In this document: positions 39,001 through 49,318 of the stretch, piece by piece | How positions within the stretch are numbered: position 1 is the first letter of the stretch | Layout of the letters: the number at the start of each line of letters is the position of its first letter | Source of the DNA: Diplonema japonicum | Taxonomy: Eukaryota; Protista; Euglenozoa: Diplonemea | Assembly: GCA_964019335.1 (NCBI GenBank) | Contig: OZ025716.1 | Span: 186,001 to 250,000 of the forward strand | Direction of reading: 5' to 3' | DNA: 64,000 nucleotides | Position numbers and translations under genes: made by a program | Notes under the pieces: model-generated | Told to the model about the DNA's origin: nothing | The model's database searches: none | What the model saw: only the letters and a program-made list of their open reading frames with translations

Positions 39001-41450
39001 ACTCGCGTACTTGTGGAACGTGAGGAATGTGGAACAATGGGAACCACCAATGGCGGAGTACCTAAAGCGAAACGCGCATTTGGAAAAACGCCCACATTCG
39101 GTTACCAATCAGCACGAACCGTATATCCCAAGGTGGAAATCGTGGTGGTGGGGCTTTGTGTCGATCGTTGTAACCGCTGTAATGGGAACTGCCGTAGTGG
39201 TAGGGATGTACGCGAATGTTATCCTCCGCGATACCTTCGCGAAGAAGGACACGTTGCTAAAGCTCGCCTTCGGTGTTGAAAACGCCATCTCGATCACTAT
39301 GATGGACGCTGTCTTCGCGGTTATCGCCGACCGCCTGAACAAACAGGAAAACCACCGAACTCGTTCCGCGCTTCAAGGCTCCTCCATCATCAAATCGTTC
39401 ATATTCAGGTTTATTAACGGGTTCTCCGGGTTGATCATCACCGTCTTCAGAACACCAACAGAAGTTTGCGACTGCCACATTGACTGCGATCCAGCTTGTA
39501 GAAACACCGGTCCTTTCACGGTCTGTCCTTCTCAAAATGATCTGTTTGAGTGTATCGCTCAGTCAAGGCAGTCCGATATTGTGGTGCAGTTAACAACAAT
39601 GCTTGTGATACAGTCGGTCCTGTCTATAATATTCGAAAAGGTAATCCCGCGAACAATGCTCCTGTCGAGACGGAAGATCAAGGAGAACCGCGAGAATAGC
39701 GAGGAAAATGTTTTCCCGAAAACGCTGGGCTGCCTGGCCACAACAGCCATCGACCACGCAAGCTTCTCCATCGTGAAAGACACTCTCAGCGACTCCTACA
39801 GCTCATATTCAATCGAGCTATCAGAGACCGGTCCTTACAAAGATCTGTGCAAATACTCCACAAGGTACGGAGGGGTCTGGAAGGAAAAAGGCAGCGATAT
39901 TACCTACAAAGCGATCCACGACGAACACCGAGACATTCTGTTGTTCTACCCGATCTCAGACGGTCTAGAAGGAAACGAACCCATCGCGGTCAGCACGGTC
40001 GACGGTGAAGCACGTTTAAATGATGAGTTAAATATGAGTACCGCGCCCTCTCCCAAAAAGAGCAGGGCATCAGTCGTTCCCAGCAAGAATTCTGATATTT
40101 CAATGTACGCGTGGTTCCCCATTGCTTCCAACGACAAAAACTGGGTCAAGATCCGCCCGTCGCCTGGGAACTACGCCCGGCTGGCCGTCGAGACACCCAA
40201 CAAGACTATCTCACTAGAACGCACCCTTGAAATCCGTACCGGAGCACTGTCGTCTGAGCCAACTCCTTTAACACTCTCGCAGGAGGACAGAAGGGAGGCT
40301 AACATACCACCCGACGCCACGCATTTCATGTGGGTCTACGGTCTGACTCAAAAGCTCCTCGTCAACCCCCCAAGCGACCCCTTGGCCACGGAACCGAAGC
40401 TTCTTGTCAATGTCCTGCACGAGTATGAACCGAAAACACGAGCCCTGCTCCACGCTGTTGTTTTCGGGGCGTTTGTGTATCTCGACAGGTTTGGAAAAAA
40501 AGAAGAAGAAAAAAAAATACAGACACGGAAAGATATCCGGACTTAACTCCGTCCACCCCGACAATGTCGGTCTGGCCTTCGACAAAGTGCAGTCGTGGAA
40601 GGATTCCTTCACAAAAGATTTGTGGAGGAAGGGGAGGTTCAGACCGGTTACGCTTGGGGTATATACGGGAAAAAAAGATTTTTTTTTTAACCCCCCAAAA
40701 AAAAAAAAGGCACTTCGAGAAAAAGGCGCAACATGGTACTGTTGGTTGAACCCGCTAGAGGAACTGACAAGCGACGCAACTGGACAGCCGTTGTGGATGG
40801 CTTCAAAATCGGGTTGTTTCGTGTACTTGTTCGAGGATGATATAGAACCCTTCAACGGTGAGATGCCTATAAAACCGCCTCTTCCGCATCATTTGAACTG
40901 TTTTTTCAGCGTCAGCGTCCGACAGGTGGACAGCACGAAGGCAGTGATTTTGGAGACAATGAAACCGCCCTCCAGCGAGGAAAAAGAGTTCAACGACTAC
41001 ACCATGCTGATGCTGCAGTTCTCCTACGTTGTTTGTTTTGCGAGCGTCGGGCCAATGGCACCATTTGTTGCAATCGTAACCGGGATGATAGAGGTTCACA
41101 CAGACTTGCTAAAATTTCTTAAGCTCACACAACGACCTGAGGCGACCAAAGCGTCGGACATTGGTGCCTGGAGCAAGTTACTGACGACCATTATCTACAT
41201 TTCCATCCCCATCAATATTCTTATAATATTCAAGGGGTACGGGTGGCGGTCTTATAAAGACGATGACACTCAAGAGACGCAGGTGATTGGGTTCATGGGC
41301 TTGCTTTTCTTAGGGATTGTTATTGTGACTTGCATACGTATCTTCATGGAACCCACTGCTGGATGGGTTGTTGACTATGAGCTGCGAAAAGATTACGAGA
41401 TGCTTCAAGAGGTTACAAACACTGCAGTGGTTAAAAAAGAAGACGGTTGA
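30014..41450 (+). CDS. Giant ankyrin-repeat / anoctamin (TMEM16) fusion, 3 exons (introns 40489-40522, 40659-40709), ~3783 aa
   Basis: Many ankyrin motifs (ETPLMVAC, GETALSIAV, GRTPLIQAAW); anoctamin motifs SYMGSKIAFYF, ENHRT, FRFIN, DYTMLMLQFSY...IEVHTD...RP...DIGAW. Confidence 0.88.
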
Positions 41451-41458
41451 GGGTGAGG

Positions 41459-41495
<37 letters not shown>

Positions 41496-41595
41496 AGAAA
41501 GAAATGCGTATTATTCCTCCCCTCTCCCCCTCCTCCCCCTTTTTTTGAATAAAAAAAAGGAGTTACTTCGTGGTTCTGGTTTGTTTTTTTTTCTT

Positions 41596-41636
<41 letters not shown>

Positions 41637-42179
41637 TCTTAGTGAGAGGAATCCCTACACCTACGTGTTTTTCTTTTTTTTTTTTTTTTCCTTTTTACTA
41701 CAAGCGAAGAAGAAGTTATCCCACACCCCCCTCATTTTTTTTTCCCCTTCTTTTTTTTTCTTTTTTAAGATGAACAGAGACAGTTGTGTTACTGTAGTTA
41801 TCAAAAAAAAAAAAGAATGTTTGACAGCTCAGTGCGGTTACAAATAAATAACTTCAGTGAGGGAGAAAGAGAAAAAAAAGAAGTTTGTAACAACCGTTGT
41901 GCGCGAAAAAAAAAAAAAAAAAAAAAAAAACAGGGAATAACTCGCCCATCATTATTTCTGTTCTATTATTGTGATGCTCCCCCCCCCCCCCCCCTCCCCT
42001 ACCCCACATCACAGCAAAAAAAAAGAAAAAAAAGAAAAAAAGGTTCTTTTGAATCCAGCCACATCTGGTTCTAGAAGGGAGGGGGAAAAAAGGAAAAAAA
42101 AGAAGTTTTCACTCCCCTCTCCTTTCGCTTAGACAATACTAAAAAAAAAAACGTATTCCTTAAGGAAAAAAAGGGCAAG

Positions 42180-44279
42180 ATGTTGGCATGTGTCGCCCCT
42201 TTGCTCAACTTGTTTGTGTCACTGCATGACACACGAATGGACGGGAAAAAGAAGGAGATATTCACCCTGTGTTTGATCGCTACCTCCGTGGTCGTATTCT
42301 GTGCGCACCTTGGCATGTTCGGGAATATCATAGCCCTGACGGGTTTAGGAGTAGTGGTGATTACAAACGTTATCATTGCAGCTCGCGTCGCAACCAAAAA
42401 AAAGCTCGACAGTTTCGTCATCGCAGCGCAGACCGTTTCATACATGTTCGCCGTTTTCTCCTACGATCTCTTGTACAGCACAATGGGGAAGACCGCAACA
42501 TGGACAGTGCTTGTTGTTGTATTGGATTTACACCTGTTCTTCGGTGTCCAGAGGAAATACACCCATTTAGTTGTCTGTGTGACCCTCGTGTGGGCCGGTC
42601 TGTTAGACTTTGAGAGGTACGTGCGGTTCGGTCTCTTAGACATCCCGGGGACTCCAGCATATGAAGATCGGCAAACTATTTGCGACAAGCCGCCATGTTC
42701 CTCCATAGGAGCATCTTTCTTTCTTCAAACCTTCGTGCTTCTTGTTGATTTCTCGTTTACGAAGACGTTTGCCGACGGGCTGATGGCTGAGAAGCGTACA
42801 GTAGAGGCCTCCATCGCCACCGCGAACAGCATCGCCACGTCTCTTGCGGCCTTCGACCTCGACAAGGTGGAGGTGCAGCTCTCCTCCGCGACCATCCCCA
42901 GCGAGCTGTACGAGGCCTTCGAGCGTATCCTCCGCAACCTCCGGCAGTACCGCCCGTACATCCCCGACGCCCTCCTCGAGGAAATGTTCTCCTCTTCTCT
43001 CAGCATCGACAGGGCCGCCCCGGGCCTCACCTCCAAAGAAGCCGCCATCGTCTTCACCGACATCCAAGGCTCATCAGCAACATGGGAGGCATGCCCTGAA
43101 GGGATGAAGAAAGGTCTTCGAGTTCACGACGGGGCGATGCGAGAGTGCATTTACGCCTTCAACGGGTACGAGGTGAAGACGATCGGGGACGCCTTCATGG
43201 TGGCCTTCGAGGATACGATAGACGCGGTGCGGTTCTCGCTCGACGTGCAGGAACAGCTCGTTCACTCGGAGTGGCCAGCGGAGCTGCTGGCGTTGGAGCA
43301 CCTTGCGTGGGACGGGAACGGACCGTGGTGCGGGCTACGGGTTCGGATCGGGGTGCATTACGGAGAGGTGGACGTACAGCTAAACACCTTAACAGGGAGG
43401 TACGACTACTTCGGGCACACCGTCAACAAGGCAGCGAGGATGGAGGGTGCGTGCGTGGGGGGCAGCGTGGCTGTGACAGAACAAATCATCGCAGAAACGC
43501 TGACTGTAGACATGATTTCAATAGACATGGGAGAAGTGGAGCTGAAGGGTGTCGGGAAAACAAGGGGGCACCTTGTTCTACCCACAAGCCTTAAAGACAG
43601 AAGGGAGTATGTAGAGTCACAGCTGCGCTTCAAACCCGAGAACCGAAAACTGGTGAAGCGCATGCCCCGCAAGATATCGACATCGGCAGCAACGGGGGGG
43701 CTGTTGTGTGCCATGGGGACGGTGGTGCTGGTAGAGATGCGATTCAACTTCGGGGAACATGCGGAAGATGTTCTGAGTGACATGTTGAGCAGGGTGGCAA
43801 CGAGTGCAGAGCGGTGCGAGGGAACGATCACATCGCTGCAGGGCTGCAGCGTGGCTATCGGGTGGAACACTTCACGAAAGTGTCTTCTGCATGTAGAGAA
43901 GTCCGTTAGGTTTGCAAGTGTTTTATCGGCAGCCCTCGAAATCAATAACGATAACGCAGAACAAGCTGTTCACATTGGGCTCTGCACAGGGGATTTGTTG
44001 TTTGGCAGTGCCGGCACCTTCCAGCGTTTCATCACCATGATCGGAAGGGCTGTTGCCTTTTCCTCCCTCCTCTGCAACGAGGCTGTCAACACGAACACCT
44101 ATTGCTGTTGCGGTTCTCTCAAAGATGAGATACCATACAGCGGTTCTGAGTTCGTCAAGCAGCTGTCGGCTGACGTTGGAGACGGGCCGCAGTCGCTCCG
44201 GGTTTACAAACTGCTCGTCAGCACAGAATGTGCGCTAGTATCTTCGAGTGAGTATATTGACCGTTGCTTGAGTTTTTAA
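42180..44279 (+). CDS. Membrane class III adenylate cyclase with a degenerate second cyclase domain
   Basis: About 6 N-terminal TM helices; FTDIQGSS, YEVKTIGDAFM, RVRIGVHYG, YDYFGHTVNKAARME. Confidence 0.92.
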   Translation: MLACVAPLLNLFVSLHDTRMDGKKKEIFTLCLIATSVVVFCAHLGMFGNIIALTGLGVVVITNVIIAARVATKKKLDSFVIAAQTVSYMFAVFSYDLLYSTMGKTATWTVLVVVLDLHLFFGVQRKYTHLVVCVTLVWAGLLDFERYVRFGLLDIPGTPAYEDRQTICDKPPCSSIGASFFLQTFVLLVDFSFTKTFADGLMAEKRTVEASIATANSIATSLAAFDLDKVEVQLSSATIPSELYEAFERILRNLRQYRPYIPDALLEEMFSSSLSIDRAAPGLTSKEAAIVFTDIQGSSATWEACPEGMKKGLRVHDGAMRECIYAFNGYEVKTIGDAFMVAFEDTIDAVRFSLDVQEQLVHSEWPAELLALEHLAWDGNGPWCGLRVRIGVHYGEVDVQLNTLTGRYDYFGHTVNKAARMEGACVGGSVAVTEQIIAETLTVDMISIDMGEVELKGVGKTRGHLVLPTSLKDRREYVESQLRFKPENRKLVKRMPRKISTSAATGGLLCAMGTVVLVEMRFNFGEHAEDVLSDMLSRVATSAERCEGTITSLQGCSVAIGWNTSRKCLLHVEKSVRFASVLSAALEINNDNAEQAVHIGLCTGDLLFGSAGTFQRFITMIGRAVAFSSLLCNEAVNTNTYCCCGSLKDEIPYSGSEFVKQLSADVGDGPQSLRVYKLLVSTECALVSSSEYIDRCLSF

Positions 44280-44376
44280 AGCGAGAAAAAAAAGAAGAAA
44301 AAAAAAAATTAACTTTACAGTTAGTCTCTAAAACAGGGTGCCTCTTTTGAGGGTGAATTTGTGCTTTTTTTTTTTT

Positions 44377-45084
44377 ACAAGCCAAGGGCCTTACTGGTGC
44401 AGAAGTACCTGCTGGAGGTAGTCACGCGGAGGGATGCAGCGGTGGAAGCGAACCGCGCACTGCAGACATAAGCTTACCCGTGGCGGGCGGTCGTGACGGG
44501 GAGGGCGCACCCGACGCCGACGGTGTCTGAACTACGAAGGCTGGGGGCGTCAGGAACAGTGATGGACAAGCTGCTGAGGCCGGTGCTGAGGTGGTTGGGA
44601 GGCCTGCTGTGGGATGACGCCCCTGGTCGGCACACGGCGGTGACGACGTTAGAGCTGGCCCTCGACTTCGAGAGGGAGATGGAGCTGCCGCTGGACGACG
44701 GCGGGGAAGTGGGCAAGGTGGAGGACCTGGGCGTCAAGGCAAGGAGGCTACGGTATGTGCTGAGACGAGTCCAGGACCTGTACCACGCTGATGGCAGAGG
44801 GGTAGCGTTCCCAGCGGCGCGAGTGGAGCGCGTCAACTCCCTACGCTGTATCGGAGGACCGACCACACACGGGTATGACAGGAGGCCAGTACTCCCGGAA
44901 CGAACCATGAGTAGCATCGAAGGCTTGCGGGACAGGTACCTGTCGCAGACACCGACAAGGCTGCCCCGCAGCATGACCACCGCAGTAGGAACCCGCCAGA
45001 GCCCCCAGAACGGGGACAACGGGGACTAAGCGCAGCGCGGCCGGTGAGCGCAAAAACGCATACCTTAAAAGAATAGTTTTTTTT
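44377..45084 (+). mobile_element. 5'-truncated, degenerate non-LTR retroelement, family B
   Basis: Protein similarity to family A (QKYLLEVV, LRWLGGL, TAVTTLELALDFE, KARRL, AFPA, SLRCIGG); in-frame stop; starts after T12 and ends in T8. Confidence 0.8.
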
Positions 45085-45456
45085 GTGTCAGATTCCATCT
45101 GAAACTTTATCCCAGAGGGGACACCGGGTGGCACCAAAAAGGGGGTGTTTTTCAACATTTTAAACATTTAGTGGAATGAACGCAGATCTTCAATTAATGA
45201 TCGGTTTGATCAGTCCAAAAACCCATATTTTCGGGCAAAAAAGAAAATGCCAAAAGCGAAAACTTTTCGGTTTCTAACCGAGAAGATTTTAGCCACCCCC
45301 CCCCCCTCCCCCTCCCAAGAAAAGAAATAACACAAGATGTCGTTGTTCGTACAGAAGGTGGAGCAGCTGCGTGGACAGTTGTAATTTTATTCTTCTGAAT
45401 TTTATTTCACGCTTTATTTTTCACAGGTGCGAGAGGGTGGGAAGAAAAGGGGAGAG

Positions 45457-47721
45457 ATGCGCTTGATAGAGCGGGTGCTGACCATCACTGTGAACGAATG
45501 CGACACTAGGGAGGACATCATGAGAAAGCAGGTTGTGACTGGCGTGTACCTACTGCTCGGGATGGTATCCATAATCCACCTGGCGATAATGGACACAAAG
45601 CTCGAGGTCATCGTCTCCGCAACATCCCTTGCTGTCTGCATCATAGGAATCTTTTCCCTGAGGAAAAACGTGGTACAACTGGACAGATTGTGGCTGGGAT
45701 GTCTGGTCCTGTTAGTCATCGTCCTCGACATAAACTCCGTTGCACACCTGCTCCCCAGACAATGGCCTCTCCTTGTTGCATTGGTAAACGCAGTATATCT
45801 GACACTACTGGAACCAAGGTTCTTCTCGGGCTTCGTGACGTTACTGTTGATATGGCTTTTTGTTGTTACGGTCGAAGGGTTCTCCAGATTCGGTCTGTAC
45901 GACGCGTTCGACGAGAAGAACATAACGAAATCGTATATTGATTGCGACGATCCGCCCTGTTCTGTTCCAGTTGTCCGTGCACTCGGCGACTTTGTTGTAC
46001 AGAGCACAGTGTTGTCTGGAACGGTGTTAATTTCACGCTGGTTCATGTCGATGACTGCAAACTATCAATTCCGAGCAGACTGTGTCGAAACGTTCATCCA
46101 AAACGTCACGAATGCGATGGCTGCGTATGACGTCTCACTGGCTCTGCGTGAATTGGATAGCCTTGATGTACAGCGAGGCCTTCCTGAAGAAGTACGGCTT
46201 GGCGTTACAAACATGATGTCTACACTATCGTCCTACCGTGCTTACTTACCTCGTGGTATATATCAGGAACAGCCTCGAAAGGACCCGTTGATATCTATTG
46301 AAAACCTTCCGGGGTATGGGGGCAACTTGGCCACAGTTGTTCATGTAGAGCTTGAACCGATGAACTCTGGGTGGGCCGACTTCAGGCGTTGTATGATTCT
46401 CGCCATGCAGCAGTACGCATTTGTCATACGGGAGGCGTGTGATGTTTTCAACGGGTATCTACCAAGGGTTTACGGTGATGCTTTCACGGTGGTATTCGGA
46501 GATTCTTGCGACGGTTGTAACTTCGGCCTTGCGTTGCACGATTTACTAGCAGTGAGCGAGTGGCCGGTCGAACTTGCGCGTCTGCAAGAATGCCGTCAAG
46601 TTCTTCCTCACTGGAACGGTCTCCGTGCCATGGTGGGAATAAGCGAAGGCGAGGTTCACATCACACCTTCACGTGGGTATCGCGGTCCTGCCATTGACGA
46701 CGCAATGGCATTGCAACAATCGTGTGTACCGGGTGCCACGGCGGTGCGGACGATAGTTCTAGACGGGATAGCAATGCAAAACATATCGAACCCGTGCGAG
46801 GTGGCAGCGTACACAACACAGGCAAACCCGAACGGGAAGGACTCTTGCAAGGTAACACTTCTAGTCCCAAAGTGGTTAGGGAAACGAAAGAAAGAGTTGA
46901 AACAAAGCTTTTCCGAGCGTCAAAAAGCAGGTGGTGACGACGATGACAATGTAAAACCTCTGTCGAGCAAACCCAGTGTGATACACGCTTCGACATTTGT
47001 AGGCAAGCAGCCAGCAAGGTTAGGCCAGCTCAACGAGTTGACAAGACGGCACCGGTCGACAGTGGGGAAGCTATGGGTAGACTTCGGGCAGGAAATGGCC
47101 GATGTTGCTTTAATGCAAGATGTGATTCACGACACCTTGGGCAAGGTCATGGAAGCAGTTATGTTCTTCGATGGAGTTGTCTCCGGTGTCGCCGGGTCCG
47201 TTCTTACATTTGGCTGGAACACGAATAAGAATACTATTTTGTCGTTGGACAGAGCCATGAAATCTTTGCAACGTATTCACCATTATTTCGCCTCCATTCG
47301 TACCATCTCTAGTAGCAAGGTTCACATTGGTCTTTCTACTGGGGATATCTATACTGGGTCTGTAGGCTGTTCTGGTTGCCGTTTCATTACGTCTATTGGG
47401 TCGCCTTGTCTTTTAACTGAGGCGCTGCTCACTGCTGCCATCGACTCGGCTTCATTTTGTCTTTATTCCTCGTTTCTTTCTATTGAGGCGCGGCATGCGC
47501 AGCTGATGGATTATTTCGCGGTGTGGCCGTCTGGGCCTGATCAGAGAAAGGTTTATAGTATAACTTTTCCGGATAGGCAGACGTCGGTCGACCTGTTTGA
47601 GTCGTTCTCGCCGGGCAGCCCTATTTTGGGGAGCCCTGTTGTAGGCAGCCCGTTTTTTAAGAGCACCTTCTCCGCCGCGTCCAGCTCTAGAAGCCGCAGC
47701 ACAGTCCACAGTTATGTGTGA
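45457..47721 (+). CDS. Adenylate cyclase-like membrane protein, catalytic residues degenerate
   Basis: Same TM region plus RFGL, C..PPC and YRAYLP architecture as the neighbouring cyclases; YGDAF retained but HVELE and IDDAMAL replace FTDI and VNKAAR. Confidence 0.85.
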   Translation: MRLIERVLTITVNECDTREDIMRKQVVTGVYLLLGMVSIIHLAIMDTKLEVIVSATSLAVCIIGIFSLRKNVVQLDRLWLGCLVLLVIVLDINSVAHLLPRQWPLLVALVNAVYLTLLEPRFFSGFVTLLLIWLFVVTVEGFSRFGLYDAFDEKNITKSYIDCDDPPCSVPVVRALGDFVVQSTVLSGTVLISRWFMSMTANYQFRADCVETFIQNVTNAMAAYDVSLALRELDSLDVQRGLPEEVRLGVTNMMSTLSSYRAYLPRGIYQEQPRKDPLISIENLPGYGGNLATVVHVELEPMNSGWADFRRCMILAMQQYAFVIREACDVFNGYLPRVYGDAFTVVFGDSCDGCNFGLALHDLLAVSEWPVELARLQECRQVLPHWNGLRAMVGISEGEVHITPSRGYRGPAIDDAMALQQSCVPGATAVRTIVLDGIAMQNISNPCEVAAYTTQANPNGKDSCKVTLLVPKWLGKRKKELKQSFSERQKAGGDDDDNVKPLSSKPSVIHASTFVGKQPARLGQLNELTRRHRSTVGKLWVDFGQEMADVALMQDVIHDTLGKVMEAVMFFDGVVSGVAGSVLTFGWNTNKNTILSLDRAMKSLQRIHHYFASIRTISSSKVHIGLSTGDIYTGSVGCSGCRFITSIGSPCLLTEALLTAAIDSASFCLYSSFLSIEARHAQLMDYFAVWPSGPDQRKVYSITFPDRQTSVDLFESFSPGSPILGSPVVGSPFFKSTFSAASSSRSRSTVHSYV

Positions 47722-47809
47722 AAGAAAAAAAAAATTTTTCTTTTCCAAGAAAAAAAAAAAAATAAGAAAAAAGAAAGAAAGAAAGAAAGAAAGAAAGAAA
47801 ACTTGTTTA

Positions 47810-47908
47810 CTGCCCCGCAGTTTGACCACCGCAGTAGGAACCCGTCAGAACAGGGACAACAGAGACTATGGTGAGCGCGAAAACGCACACCTTAAAAAAG
47901 AAATAGTT
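47810..47908 (+). mobile_element. 3' end fragment of retroelement family B
   Basis: Matches ~44961-45076 (ctgccccgcag...accaccgcagtaggaacccg...ggtgagcgc...accttaaaa). Confidence 0.85.
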
Positions 47909-47919
47909 AAGGGGGTAGT

Positions 47920-47962
47920 AGTCCTCAAGTGGGATTTGCCCCTTTAAACATCGCTTTTTTTG
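47920..47962 (+). repeat. Short T-tailed element (family D); second copy at 59030-59076
   Basis: gtcctcaagtgggatttgccctttaaacatcgc-T8 versus ggtcctcgagtgggatttgcccttaaacatcgcc-T9. Confidence 0.75.
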
Positions 47963-48395
47963 AGAACACGCTGGGCGTCGAGCCGATCACGGGGAAGAAG
48001 GGTGATCTAGACATGATACAGAAGAAAGCGCGGAGTTTCCACGGCCTCCTGGAAAGAATCCAAGAAGGGTGGGACACAGCACGCATACAGAAGAAGGTCA
48101 GAGGCAAGCGGATCTTCCCAGCGGAGAGCAAGAAGAACCACGCGCTTAGAACCATAGGTGCGAAGAAGAGTCTGGGATGGAACAGAAGGCCAGTTTTTGC
48201 ATCAGAGAAAACCAAGAAGGACCTTAAGAAACTGGGCAGAAAGTGGCAAGAAGAAAGGGAGGATACTTTGAGAAAGGCAACACAGCCAAAAAAGAAAGAA
48301 AGGCCGAGGCCCCAGAAGGGAGAAAGGGGTAGATAAGTAGAGACAAGGGGGACGTTCCAAAACAGGAACCTCCTTTATCTCATCTCTTTTTTTTT
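47963..48395 (+). mobile_element. 5'-truncated non-LTR retroelement, family C
   Basis: QKKARSFH...WDTARIQKKVRGKRIFPAE...LRTIGAK...GWNRRPVFASEKTK aligns with the family A C-terminus; similar 3' UTR; T-run on both sides. Confidence 0.82.
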
Positions 48396-48410
48396 CTTCT
48401 TCTTATTCTA

Positions 48411-48461
48411 GGCGATCCTGTCACATGCTGCAGGTTCCCTTCAAAGACATCTTTTTTTTTT
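48411..48461 (+). repeat. Short T-tailed dispersed element (family E)
   Basis: ggcgatcctgtcacatgctgcaggttcccttcaaagacatc followed by a T-run. Confidence 0.75.
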
Positions 48462-48600
48462 CTTTCTTCTTTGTCAAAAGGGGATAGATTCTGGTAGTTA
48501 GTATAAACAAGAGGGAAGGTTCATTTTTTTTTTGTTTGTTAGTGCAAGCCATCCCTATTCTATTTCAATGCGTGTTATAAAAAAGAAATGGTGTGCGTGT

Positions 48601-48631
<31 letters not shown>

Positions 48632-48774
48632 GGGAGGCTGAATAATCCCTCGTTTCGTAAATAAAGCATTTTTTTCCTTCTTTTTCTGCACCTTCCCCCC
48701 CCCCCTTTTTTTTCCCCTGCTGAGTCTGGAAAAAATGAGGGAAAAAAAAAAATATAGGATTTTAAAGAGGAAAA

Positions 48775-49270
48775 AAAGCTATTTATTGCCAACAAATAAT
48801 GAGTCATTATTTAACTCGAGTTCCCGAATTTTTGCACGATGGCCCTGCGGGCCCTCGTGCAAAAAAACGGTAACGAGTGTTAAATAATGGCTCATTTGGC
48901 GGCAAGTAAGTCGTTTTATTTCACTTTTCGTCATTTGAGTCACTCACTCTTCACTGCTTTCACTGCTGTTTTTTTTTCACGCAGGTCAGCTTTTTGGGGA
49001 TTTTCCTAAGGTAATACAGGGTAGCTATTTCGCCGTGGCATTTAAAGGGGAAGTAAGGCACTTATTCCCACTTTTAAGGGCTGGAATGGCCCAGATGGCC
49101 AAAAATAGTCAAAATACCCCCACCCCAAAAAAGTTTTTCAAGGGGTTGGGTGCATTTTTTTCCACGGCGAGACTCACTTTTCCACTCTGAAGGGCCATTA
49201 TTTAACTGCAAAATCTCATTATTTAACTAGTTAAATAATGGCGATTTCGCGTTAAATAATGAGGCCCCTA
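48775..49270. mobile_element. Palindromic MITE-like repeat with multiple TCATTATTTAA motifs
   Basis: Long hairpin at ~48795-48897; second palindrome at ~49218-49241; homologous to 95-770. Confidence 0.65.
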
Positions 49271-49318
49271 GTGAGTGAAGAAAATGACGAAGAGTGAAAT
49301 AAGAAAAAAAAAAAAGAA

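Noticed and set aside
20836-40855. Overlapping and antisense ORFs within TOR and the anoctamin gene
   Set aside because: Shadow ORFs of long coding regions with no recognisable motifs.
45337-45426. Possible upstream exon and intron for the cyclase-like gene
   Set aside because: The best donor (GTAATT) gives the wrong frame; the pyrimidine tract plus AG fits a trans-splice acceptor equally well.
48589-48635. (GT)n followed by a G-run
   Set aside because: Ordinary microsatellite in a homopolymer-rich genome.
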